Made by a program: the position numbers and the translations under genes
Origin: an uncultured Planctomycetota bacterium
Lineage (GTDB): Bacteria; Planctomycetota; Phycisphaerae; SM23-33
Direction of reading: 5' to 3'
DNA: 64,000 nucleotides
Assembly (NCBI GenBank): GCA_903892515.1
Contig: CAITIS010000067.1
Location: 65,347 to 129,346, forward strand
The notes under the pieces: generated by a model
Told to the model about the DNA's origin: nothing
The model's input: only the letters and a program-made list of their open reading frames with translations
Databases searched by the model: none
Part shown: positions 1 through 8,908 of the stretch, in pieces
Position numbering within the stretch: position 1 is the first letter of the stretch
Layout: each line of letters begins with the position of its first letter

Positions 1-292
1 TCCATCTGAATCAGCAGCAGCGTGGAGATCACGAAGTAGAGAATGTTCAGGACGTTGTTGATCAGCAGCACAGTCGTCAGCAGCGTGCGCGGCATCTTCA
101 TCACGGAAGCGACCATTCGCCCCAGCGGCCTGCCCTCGCGTCCCATCGCGAACAGTTCGGCCGATCCCAGGCTGAAAAAGCCCGTCTCGCAGGCGCTGAC
201 CATCGCGCTGAAAACCAGCAGCAGCGACAGCACGACCAGTTGCCAGCCGTTGAGCAGGAGAAATTGACCGACGCTCGCGTCGTACATTCGCG

Positions 293-967
293 TTATCGCC
301 CCGGTGAGATCATGTAGTTATCGTGGCCACAGACAATCAGGTCGGCGATTTCCAGGATTTCCGTCAGGCTCTGCATGGCGGCCTCGACATCCTGGCAGCC
401 CGACCAGACCTGGCCGGCCAGCACGTGATCGATCGTCAGGGCCGCGTCGCCGGCAACGATGACCGTTCGGGTCGCCCCTGCCACCAGCAGTCCGGCATGG
501 CCTTCGGATGGCCCCGGCAGCGGGAAGAGGTCCACGACGTCTGTCAGCTTGTCAGGCGCCGGCTGAAATCGCTGCAAGATTTCAATGTCGACGTGGATGG
601 CCTGATCGACCTCGCCGCCCTGCCGGTGGCTGGACTCATGCATCGCCTGCAAGTGGCCGCGATAGTCGTCCAGTTCAGCCCCGCTAGCCAGCCAGCGGGC
701 CTTGGGAAAGGCGGCGATGGCCCGGCGGTGCGTTGGCCGGAGGGTGGTGCAGAAGACATCCGTGATGGCGTCGGGTTGCAGGCCGGTGCGTTCAAAGAGC
801 CGGCTGGCCAGCACGATCTCGGGTAAGGACGGGTCGATAAGGATCCGCCGCGCACCGTCCTGGACGAGCGTGGTGGTGGCATGGGCAGTGCGAACACCCG
901 GCGGCTCCTTCCAGAAAGGGTTGGAGCTGACCGTGCCGATACTGACGATGGTGAACGTGACGCTCAT
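293..967 (-). CDS. MBL-fold hydrolase-like protein (metal-binding motif appears degenerate)
   Basis: ORF 293..1021; start trimmed to MSVTFTIVSIG at CAT 965-967. Beta-lactamase-fold-like layout (ILIDPS..VFCTTLRPTH) but no clean HxHxDH. Confidence 0.45.
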   Translation of the reverse strand: MSVTFTIVSIGTVSSNPFWKEPPGVRTAHATTTLVQDGARRILIDPSLPEIVLASRLFERTGLQPDAITDVFCTTLRPTHRRAIAAFPKARWLASGAELDDYRGHLQAMHESSHRQGGEVDQAIHVDIEILQRFQPAPDKLTDVVDLFPLPGPSEGHAGLLVAGATRTVIVAGDAALTIDHVLAGQVWSGCQDVEAAMQSLTEILEIADLIVCGHDNYMISPGR

Positions 968-1053
968 GGCAGAACATGGTATACCAAGCACGAGAGAATA
1001 GGGAGTAGGCAATCGGCCCAACGCCGCAGAAGCCTGAAAACCCGGAGCTGATA

Positions 1054-2661
1054 ATGAAGATTTTGATCGCTGATACGCTGTCCAAAGTTGGCCTGGATTA
1101 TCTCGCCGGCCAGAGTGACGTTCAGGTTGATTACAAGCCCGGCCTGACGCCTGGCGAACTGGCCCAGATCATCGGCGGCTACGACGGCATGATCCTGCGC
1201 TCGGGCATCCGCGTGACGGCCGATGTGTTGGCCAACCCCGGCAAGCTGCGCTGCATCGCCCGCGCCGGCGTCGGCGTGGACAACATTGACGTGCCGGTGG
1301 CCACCGCCAAGGGCGTCATCGTCATGAACACGCCCGGCGGCAACACGCTTTCGACGTGCGAACTGACGTGGGCGCTCATGCTGGCGATGTCGCGCAAGAT
1401 CGTCCAGGCGAACGTCTCGCTGCGCGGCGGCGCCTGGGAACGCAAGAAGTTCGAGGGCACGCAGCTGGCCGGCAAGACGCTGGGCGTGATAGGCCTGGGC
1501 AGGATCGGCAAGAGCGTGGCCAAGCGGGCGCTGGCGATGGAAATGAAAGTGCTCGCCTACGATCCGTACTTTGCCGGCTCGTGCCCGCAGGGTTCCTTCA
1601 CGCGTTTGGAGGACATGCTGGACCTCTGCCGGCAGAGCGACTACATCACCGTCCACACCCCCAAGAGCAACGAGACCAGCGGCATGATCGGCCAGGAGGA
1701 AATTGCCGCCATGAAGGACGGCGTCCGGCTGATCAACGCGGCGCGCGGCGGCATTATCGACCCCGAAGCGCTGCTCTCCGGGCTGGAATCCGGCAAGGTG
1801 GCCGGCGCCGCCATCGACGTGTGGGCAAAGGAGCCGCCCGAGTCGGAAATTGACAAGAAGCTCATCGCCCACCCCAACGTGCTGGCCCTGCCCCACCTGG
1901 GCGCCAGCACCGAAGAGGCGCAGGAGCAGGTCGCCCTCGAAGCCGCCCAGCAGCTTGTGGAGGCCTTGCACGGCGGCGATATCCGCAACGCCGTCAACGC
2001 CCCCGGTTTTGACAAGGCCTTGCCGCCCATCCTATGCCCGTACGTTGAACTGTCCCGGCGGATGGGCACGATCCTCTCGACCATAACCGCCGGCGCCATC
2101 ACGCACGTCGAGGTCGGCTACTACGGCGCGATCGCCGAACAGAATGTCTCGCCCATTACCGCCCACCTGCTGGTGGGGCTGATGACCCCGCACATGGAAG
2201 AACCGGTGAACGTCATCAACGCCCCGGTGCTGGCGCGGCAGCGCGGCATCGAGGTCGAGCAGAGCACCAGCCCGGCCATGCAGGAATTTGCCAACGTGCT
2301 GCGCGTGACGGTGCGGTCTGCCCAGATGCAGCATTCAGCCGTCGGGACGATCTTCGGCCACCGGTACCCGCGCGTCATCGGCATCGACGGCCACTCGGTG
2401 GAGATGCGGCCCGAAGGCCACATCGCCATCATCCTGAACCGCGACGTGCCCGGCGCCCTGGCCACGTACAGCCAGGTCTTTGGCCGGCACGGCATCAATA
2501 TCGCCAGCCTGACGCTGTCACGCGATGACGCTACTGGCCTGGCGCTGGTGGGAATCAATCTCGACCAGAAGCCCTCCGACAAGGTCATGGCCGAGGTCCG
2601 CCAACTGGAAGCCGTGGAGGACGCGTACTATCTCAGCCTGCCGCCGCTGCCGGCGGAATGA
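1054..2661 (+). CDS. serA: D-3-phosphoglycerate dehydrogenase (long form with C-terminal ACT domain)
   Basis: 535 aa. 2-hydroxyacid dehydrogenase NAD-binding motif GVIGLGRIG, catalytic region and C-terminal regulatory domain. Confidence 0.9.
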   Translation: MKILIADTLSKVGLDYLAGQSDVQVDYKPGLTPGELAQIIGGYDGMILRSGIRVTADVLANPGKLRCIARAGVGVDNIDVPVATAKGVIVMNTPGGNTLSTCELTWALMLAMSRKIVQANVSLRGGAWERKKFEGTQLAGKTLGVIGLGRIGKSVAKRALAMEMKVLAYDPYFAGSCPQGSFTRLEDMLDLCRQSDYITVHTPKSNETSGMIGQEEIAAMKDGVRLINAARGGIIDPEALLSGLESGKVAGAAIDVWAKEPPESEIDKKLIAHPNVLALPHLGASTEEAQEQVALEAAQQLVEALHGGDIRNAVNAPGFDKALPPILCPYVELSRRMGTILSTITAGAITHVEVGYYGAIAEQNVSPITAHLLVGLMTPHMEEPVNVINAPVLARQRGIEVEQSTSPAMQEFANVLRVTVRSAQMQHSAVGTIFGHRYPRVIGIDGHSVEMRPEGHIAIILNRDVPGALATYSQVFGRHGINIASLTLSRDDATGLALVGINLDQKPSDKVMAEVRQLEAVEDAYYLSLPPLPAE

Positions 2662-2686
2662 CACGGCGGGCAACCGTCGTCGAGCG

Positions 2687-3607
2687 TCACTCGAACGTCG
2701 GTAGCAATCGCTCGGCCAGGGTCTCGGCCTTGTCATCGGGGGCGACGTCGATCCACTGCACAGCGGCGAAGCGCCGGAACCACGTCCGCTGATGCTTGGC
2801 GAATTGACGCGTGTTGATCTTGATCTGCTCGGTGGCCTCTTCCAGCGTCAGTTCGCCGCGCAGGTGGCGAATCATCTCGGCGTAACCGACCGCCTGGGCG
2901 GCCTGGGCGGACAGCCCCGCCGGCTCGGCCAGCAGCGCTGCCACCTCGTCACACAGGCCCTGCTCAACCATCCGCTTGACGCGGGCGTTGATGCGGTGAT
3001 TGGTGTCCTCTAAGCCGCGCCGCAGGCCGATAAAGACGCATTCGTAGCGGCTCTGGCCACTGCCCCACTGCCGCTGGAGTTGGCTGATGGGCTTGCCGGT
3101 AAGGCGAAAGATCTCGATGGCGCGGATAATCCGTTTTTCGTCGTTGGGGTGGATTCGGCCAGCGGCTTCGGCGTCCAGCGTGGCCAGTTCCACATGCAAT
3201 GCCGGCACGCCCTGCTCCGCGGCGCGAGCTTTCAACTCGCGGCGAAGTCCCTCGTCGGCGGCGGGCCCTTCAAACAAGCCTTCAGTCAGGGCCTTGATGT
3301 ACAAAGCAGTGCCGCCCACGGCCAGGACGATCTTGCCCCGCGACGCCACATCCGTAATCGCGGCGTCGGCGGCCTCGACGAACCGGGCGACGCTGAAGGT
3401 CTCGCTAGGTTCGACCAGGTCCAGGCAATGGTGCCGCACATCGGCCTGCACTTGCGACGTGGGCTTGGCCGTGCCGATGTTCATGCGCCGATAGATCTTC
3501 ATCGAATCGACGCTGACGATCTCGCCAGACAGCCGCTGGGCCAGTGCCAGCCCAAGCGCAGCCTTTCCGCCGCCAGTGCAACCCAGAATGAAATTCACTC
3601 GTGTCAT
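2687..3607 (-). CDS. miaA: tRNA dimethylallyltransferase
   Basis: 306 aa. N-terminal P-loop ILGCTGGGKAAL and IPT-family layout. Confidence 0.9.
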   Translation of the reverse strand: MTRVNFILGCTGGGKAALGLALAQRLSGEIVSVDSMKIYRRMNIGTAKPTSQVQADVRHHCLDLVEPSETFSVARFVEAADAAITDVASRGKIVLAVGGTALYIKALTEGLFEGPAADEGLRRELKARAAEQGVPALHVELATLDAEAAGRIHPNDEKRIIRAIEIFRLTGKPISQLQRQWGSGQSRYECVFIGLRRGLEDTNHRINARVKRMVEQGLCDEVAALLAEPAGLSAQAAQAVGYAEMIRHLRGELTLEEATEQIKINTRQFAKHQRTWFRRFAAVQWIDVAPDDKAETLAERLLPTFE

Positions 3608-3617
3608 GTCGCGTATC

Positions 3618-4026
3618 TCACGACCGGCTCGACTTTACCAAATCGTAGAATCCACGAGGCGACAGGATTGGGATGTTGCCGCACTTCTCAAGGACCAGCA
3701 AGTCTGCGTCACCTGTAACTAGACAATCCGCCTGGCCAGCCAGAGCGGTTCCGAGAATGGCCAAGTCTTCGGGATCGCGACAGGCGTCGGGGCCCAGCGA
3801 ACGCGGGACCACTATCGTGCAGACTTGTCGGAAAGATTCGATGACCTCGGCGGCCTCAGATATGGGAAAGCGAAACTTCCCGGTCAAGTGCCGCTGGACC
3901 TCGGCCAGTATCTGTTCACAAACGAGAATCTCGTGAGACTTCAGGCAGGATGCCAGGAGAGCTTCGCATAGTCCGTGCGTACCAAGTGCGGCCAGCAGCA
4001 CGTTACTGTCGAGCACCACCTTCACG
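3618..4026 (-). CDS. PIN-domain type II toxin (VapC-like ribonuclease)
   Basis: Conserved acidic PIN positions (VVLDSNVLL ... VTGDADLL). GTG start at ~4026 overlaps the stop of the upstream RHH gene. Confidence 0.7.
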
Positions 4027-4237
4027 AGATTTCCCGAAACACGTCTTCGTCTGTCAGGAATCCCTGAGCCTCCGCGAAAGGCAGAACCCGCCCGCGCAGT
4101 TCGCGGAACCTCTCGCCAGCCACATACCGGCGCAGACATTCTCGCACGATCTCGCTGACCGGCTTGTGCTGGCGTGCCGACAGCCGTTTGATTTCCTTGC
4201 GAACTGATTCCGGGATGCGCACCGTCAGGTTGCTCAT
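4022..4237 (-). CDS. ribbon-helix-helix (CopG/MetJ-like) antitoxin
   Basis: 71 aa. N-terminal RHH pattern (LTVRIPESVRKEIKRLSARQHKPVSEIVRECLRRYV), translationally coupled to the PIN gene. Confidence 0.65.
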   Translation of the reverse strand: MSNLTVRIPESVRKEIKRLSARQHKPVSEIVRECLRRYVAGERFRELRGRVLPFAEAQGFLTDEDVFREIS

Positions 4238-4361
4238 GCACTACATTGTAGTACACCCGCGGATTCATGGCAACATCCAAAGCGGACATGGAGATGGTGC
4301 TCTTGTTGACCGGCCGGGGCACGCCCCGTATAGTTCGGCAATCGCATTATCGAGCCATCCA

Positions 4362-5135
4362 TTGACCGCCGACAACTTCATCGTGGGCACGAGCGGGTAC
4401 TCCTTCGCCGACTGGGTGGGCAGCGTCTACCCTGCCGGCACGAAGAGTTCGCAGATGTTCGGCTGCTACAGCCGGCTCTTCCAGGCCGTGGAACTGAACT
4501 TCACCTTCTACGCCACGCCCACCCAGGCGACCATGCAGCGAATGGTCGAAGGCTCCGGGGCGGACTTCGGCTTCTGGGTCAAGGCCAATCAGCAACTCAC
4601 GCACGCGGGCGACCGCTCCGGCACGGGGGCCTTTCTCGACGCGCTGGCACCCATGCGGCAAAGCAACAAGCTGCTGGGCGTGCTGCTGCAATTCCCGCAG
4701 TCGTTCCATCGCACCGTCGAGAGCCGCAAGTTTCTGTCGGAGGCCACGGAGGACTTTGGCGACGTGCCGCTGGCGATCGAGTTCCGCCACCGTTCCTGGC
4801 TGCACCCCTCCACGGCCCAGGGGCTTCGGGAGCGACACCTCACGCTGGTTGTGCCCGACGTGCCGGACATCCCCGACCTGTACGCGACGCCCGCCCTGCT
4901 CACGAGCCGAACGGGCTACCTGCGGCTACACTCGCGCGACGCCCAGAAATGGTACACCGGCAAGGCCCAACGCTACGACTACAGCTACAGCGAAGAGGAG
5001 CTGCGCGAACTGGTAACGCACTGGACGACGCTGCAGGATCAGGCCGAGCGCGTCTATGCCATGTTCAACAATTGTCACCGTGGCCAGGCGGGCCAGAACG
5101 CCCAAACGCTCAGACGCATCCTGGGGCAGATTTGA
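4362..5135 (+). CDS. DUF72 (YecE-like) family protein
   Basis: Motifs IVGTSGYSFADW, FYA(T)P, FRH.SW typical of DUF72. TTG/alternative start inferred, ATG absent near the N-terminus. Confidence 0.7.
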   Translation: MTADNFIVGTSGYSFADWVGSVYPAGTKSSQMFGCYSRLFQAVELNFTFYATPTQATMQRMVEGSGADFGFWVKANQQLTHAGDRSGTGAFLDALAPMRQSNKLLGVLLQFPQSFHRTVESRKFLSEATEDFGDVPLAIEFRHRSWLHPSTAQGLRERHLTLVVPDVPDIPDLYATPALLTSRTGYLRLHSRDAQKWYTGKAQRYDYSYSEEELRELVTHWTTLQDQAERVYAMFNNCHRGQAGQNAQTLRRILGQI

Positions 5136-5263
5136 ATTTCCAGTAAAGTTGCGGACTGGCGGACGTGCGACTGCGAGCGAAGCGCCCCCAATGCAAAGGC
5201 CGCAAATCCGCGGATCGCAAACTCGAGCGAGTTCGCGAATCGGCGGATTCGCGGCCTGGGTGT

Positions 5264-5647
5264 TTATGCCACGCGCGTGTCTGCGTTCTTATCGCTGCGT
5301 GCGGGCAGAGCGGCCTGGCCCCACTGCTTCTTCTGCCGCGAAACCGTTGCGGCGGCCTTGCGCACTTGCCGCACGGGCTCTCTGACGCGGATGACACTGT
5401 CAGCGCCCAACGGACCCATCTCGATGCCGAAGGCAGCGTAATCGGTGAACCATTGGCCATCGCAACGATAGCGGAATTTGTAATCGCCCTGCGGCAGATA
5501 CAGCACGGCCGTCCAGTAGCCTTGCGTGCCGGGCGTCATGCGCAGCTCGTGCTCACGCCAACCATTGAAATCCCCAACCACGTGAACGTTCCGAGCCAAG
5601 GGGCGGTAGAACTGGAACACGACTTTGTTGCCTTCCACGCTGACCAT
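5264..5647 (-). CDS. standalone CBM48 / AMPK-beta-type glycogen-binding domain protein
   Basis: 127 aa. VVFQFYRP..VHVVGDFNGW...YKFRY..DGQW motif set of the isoamylase N-terminal / AMPK1_CBM domain. Confidence 0.65.
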   Translation of the reverse strand: MVSVEGNKVVFQFYRPLARNVHVVGDFNGWREHELRMTPGTQGYWTAVLYLPQGDYKFRYRCDGQWFTDYAAFGIEMGPLGADSVIRVREPVRQVRKAAATVSRQKKQWGQAALPARSDKNADTRVA

Positions 5648-5689
5648 AGCGCACGACTCCTTTTCGGCCGGACCTCCGTCCGAGCCGGC

Positions 5690-5962
5690 TCAGTCTAAGT
5701 GAGCCACCGAATTGACGGTCCCTATGGGACTGATCGCAAAGCTGCTGTTGTCGGGGTCCACGACCCACCGGCCATCCAGCAGGAACTTATACTCATACAC
5801 CCCCGCCGAAACCGGCAGGACCGCCTCCAGAGTGCCGTCGGCCTTTTTCTGCATCGCCACAGGTTTCCAGTTCGTAAAGTCGCCGGCGATGAAACCTTCC
5901 CTCACCTGCGCTCGCAGGGCGAAGCTGACTTTCCTGGCACGAGAATCCTTCTTCTTGTACAT
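5690..5962 (-). CDS. standalone CBM48 / AMPK-beta-type glycogen-binding domain protein (paralog)
   Basis: 90 aa. KVSFALRA..GDFTNW..YEYKFLLDGRW. Tandem with the 5264..5647 gene. Confidence 0.65.
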   Translation of the reverse strand: MYKKKDSRARKVSFALRAQVREGFIAGDFTNWKPVAMQKKADGTLEAVLPVSAGVYEYKFLLDGRWVVDPDNSSFAISPIGTVNSVAHLD

Positions 5963-6341
5963 GACACTCTCTTAAAGGCTTGCACTTACCCGCGGCCTCA
6001 CTGGCCAACGTCCAGTGAACTAATTAGCTCACGGGAGTTCTCGCCGCCATCAGGGGTGATGCCGGTTTTCTTCTGCTACAAGCCCCTAGGCTTGGCCGCA
6101 ATAGTACACCATTCGCACGTACATATTCGCACGCGTTATAAGTGGCTGCATGCACGACTGTTATACATTCACTGCCAATGGGGGCATTGTGCAGTACCAG
6201 TGCACAGCCGGCGGGTATCTTGCCCAGGGGGCCTAGGGAATGTGTCTGCGCGATCTTAAGAATCGCTCTGGTTTACGAAAGATTACGTTGCCCAGCTGTC
6301 ATATGCTGGCGGCGAATCAGTCAACATGAGGAGCGGCCCCT

Positions 6342-7814
6342 ATGGCAGATCAAAGTCGATGGCGAGATGGATTCGGGCCCGATGAGGTCTCTCAACGCGT
6401 CCGGCCAGAGCACACCAACGAGTACCTGAACAACCCGCACAAGGGCCTGGTCACCTTCCAGCGCTTTGCCGGCGACCCACTCATGCAGTACCTGTTCGAC
6501 CAGGGCCGCGGCACGTGGGGCGTTCCGGATGGGGCCGAGGAAATGGAGGCCGAGGGCGCCCAGTACTTCATCAACGGCCAGCCGGCGGTGGGCTCGCAGC
6601 GTCCAATCGGCCCGGTGCCGGATGAAACCAACTACCTGCCCTCTCGCGTGGCGTACTGCCGCTGGGCGTGGCAACTGCTGGAGCCGCAGCGCGGCAAGAT
6701 TCGTTTCGACATCGTTGACAAGGCGCTGGAGACGGCCGCCGCGCGCGGCCAGACGCTGCAACTTCGCACCCAGCCGTTCATCAGCCCGAGCCTGTACCCC
6801 GTGCCGGAGTGGTACTGGCAGAACGGGGCAAAGCGCGACGCCGCCGCGTCCCGGCCCCACTACGCTATTCCCGACCACAACGACCCGCACTATCTCGAAT
6901 ACTGGGGCAACCACATCCGCGCCTTGGGCCAGCGATACGACGGCGACGAGCGGCTGGAAAGCTTCGACCTGTCCTACGGCGGCGGGTGCGGCGAGGGCGG
7001 CGGCAATTGCACGAGCGAAACGGCCGCCCGACTGGCCGACATCTATATGGACAGCTTTCGCCGCACGCCGCTGCTGACCCAACTTGGGACGGAAGGCGGC
7101 CGATATGCCGCACAGCAGCGGCAAGGCCGGATCGGGTGGCGGGCCGACTGCCTCGGCGACGTCCACACCGACAGCAACGGCACGGTGCCTGATGGCCTGA
7201 ACTGGAATCACATGTACGACTCGTATCCAGCCGAGGTGGACCGGTGCGGAGTGACGGATGCGTGGCGGCACGCGCCGGTGGCGTGGGAAACTGGCTGGTC
7301 GGTAGCGTACTGGCACGCCCAGGGCTGGGATGTCGATTGGATCCTGGACCAGGCCTTGAAGTACCACCCCTCGACGCTCAACGTCAAGAGCATGTACATT
7401 CCGCCTGACTTGATGGACAGGATGCGGGCGTTCTGTCAGCGGATGGGCTACTGGCTGCACTTGCACCAGATGGTCCTGCCGCTGGAGGGCCGGGCCGGGC
7501 AGGAGTGCCCGCTGGCCATGGTGATCGACAACAAGGGCGTCGCGCCGCTGTACCGGCCATATCGGCTGGCGCTGCGGTTCTCGCAGGGCAAGACGCACCG
7601 CGTGGTCTGCCTGCGCCAGGATGTGCGGCAACTGCTGCCCGACCTGACGCACTTCCGGGAGAGCTTCATATTCCCCTGGGGCCTGCAAGCGGGCCAGGCC
7701 AAGGTCTCGCTGGGCATCGTCGATTCCCGCGAAAGCCCCGTCGTCCGCCTGGCCATCAAGGCCATCGACGCCGAACTCTGGCACCCGCTGACCAGCGTGG
7801 ACGTGCTGGCCTAA
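6342..7814 (+). CDS. glycoside-hydrolase-like TIM-barrel protein (GH42 / DUF4874-DUF4832-like; paralog of 57454..58842)
   Basis: 490 aa. Shares NPHKG..TFQ.F.GD, YCRW.W.L.EP..GK..F and a C-terminal GW(D)(V/L)D block with the 57454 ORF. The W..EP..G..F pattern resembles GH TIM-barrel N-termini. No signal peptide. Confidence 0.6.
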   Translation: MADQSRWRDGFGPDEVSQRVRPEHTNEYLNNPHKGLVTFQRFAGDPLMQYLFDQGRGTWGVPDGAEEMEAEGAQYFINGQPAVGSQRPIGPVPDETNYLPSRVAYCRWAWQLLEPQRGKIRFDIVDKALETAAARGQTLQLRTQPFISPSLYPVPEWYWQNGAKRDAAASRPHYAIPDHNDPHYLEYWGNHIRALGQRYDGDERLESFDLSYGGGCGEGGGNCTSETAARLADIYMDSFRRTPLLTQLGTEGGRYAAQQRQGRIGWRADCLGDVHTDSNGTVPDGLNWNHMYDSYPAEVDRCGVTDAWRHAPVAWETGWSVAYWHAQGWDVDWILDQALKYHPSTLNVKSMYIPPDLMDRMRAFCQRMGYWLHLHQMVLPLEGRAGQECPLAMVIDNKGVAPLYRPYRLALRFSQGKTHRVVCLRQDVRQLLPDLTHFRESFIFPWGLQAGQAKVSLGIVDSRESPVVRLAIKAIDAELWHPLTSVDVLA

Positions 7815-8908
7815 CGGCGTGCCAATTTGGCGACGGGTGGCTCACATGCCGGCGGGTGCCATGGTCAGGCCGTCGTCTGGCCTGGCCATGCATGGAGGCA
7901 AACAACGCGGCAGGTAGGGCGGGCACTGCCCGCCGCCTTCCAGGCGACGCCAGATATCCGACCCGTCGGCCCATGGGGCGTTGCTGTTCTGACCGGCGAC
8001 GCCCGCCTTGCCCCAGCTTCGCATATGCAGCGTCTAACATGGTCACGCGAACAGCGTGACCATGCCACCCAAGTCGAGTCATGGCACCCATCTCTCAGCC
8101 GAGGGCGGCTGAGCCACGAAGACGGGGAGGAAAGCGGCGCGGGCAAGTTGGGTGCCATGGTCGCCTCGTCCAGCGGGCAAGTTGGGTGCCGTGGCAGCGG
8201 CGTCCAGCGGCCACGTTGCCTCGTCCTGCCCCCGCACCCCGCACGGCCGCGCAGGTCGCGACGGGGATCGATTCTAATAAATGAAGATCGCCGGCCGGGA
8301 GAATCGGACAGGCCGGGTGATCCTGTGCGCAGAATGGCATGCACCGGCCCTTCTATAGAAGCACCTCCGGCCGAGCGGGCGCGGGGGAGAAAGTTTAAAA
8401 AGTGAAGAGAGATCCGGCCTGGCCCAAGACGGTAATCAGACCGCTGCGCGGATGTGCGCATGGGGTATGCGCATGGTCAAATGCGGACAGTCAGGGGCGT
8501 GGCATTTCCGCAAGAACGTGCCGGCCAGAATGATGCGGCGCTTTGCCTGCGTGCAGAAACGTTGCAAACGGTTCCGTTTCGTTCCGAATCGTTCCGTTTG
8601 GTTCCGTTTCGTTCCGTTTGGTTCCGCTTGGTTCCGCTTGGTTCCCGATGGTTCCCAATGGTTTTGTTGGGTGCCGTGGCCGCGGCGTCCAGCGGCCACG
8701 CGTCCCCCGGCTAACCTGCTGCGTCCAAACATGGTCACGCGAACAGCGCGACCATGCCACCCACTACGTTGACAGTTCCACGGCCCCACTCCGCGCGGCG
8801 TCTGAACATGGCCAGGCCTAGACAGCGGCCTGACCATGCCACCCAATTCCACAGCCGAGGGCGGCTGTGCTACGCGTCTGCCCGCGCCGCCGCACTCGTG
8901 CTACGCGT
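7815..8908. repeat. ~1.1-kb non-coding region packed with short hairpin repeats, duplicated ~36-bp units and a 10-bp tandem array
   Basis: Hairpins CATGGTCA(N)TGACCATGCCACCC at ~7860, 8038, 8730 and 8807. ~36-bp GTTGGGTGCC(A/G)TGG..GTCCAGCGG units at ~8140, ~8176 and ~8662. CAGCCGAGGGCGGCTG at 8096 and 8846. GTGCTACGCGTCT twice at ~8862-8905. Confidence 0.8.
8566..8660. repeat. tandem 10-bp repeat (GTTCCGTTTC / GTTCCGTTTG / GTTCCGCTTG ...), ~10 units
   Basis: Directly visible periodic array of gttccgtttc, gttccgaatc, gttccgtttg, gttccgcttg and gttcccgatg units. Confidence 0.85.

Noticed and set aside
964-1971. 335-aa minus-strand ORF
   Set aside because: Antisense to serA.
6321-7784. 487-aa minus-strand ORF
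   Set aside because: Antisense to the GH-like gene, which has a conserved paralog. Composition-driven open frame.
8130-8700. Possible CRISPR array (repeated ~36-bp units and tandem repeats)
   Set aside because: Units are not separated by uniform-length unique spacers and no cas genes are nearby. The 10-bp array is a simple minisatellite.
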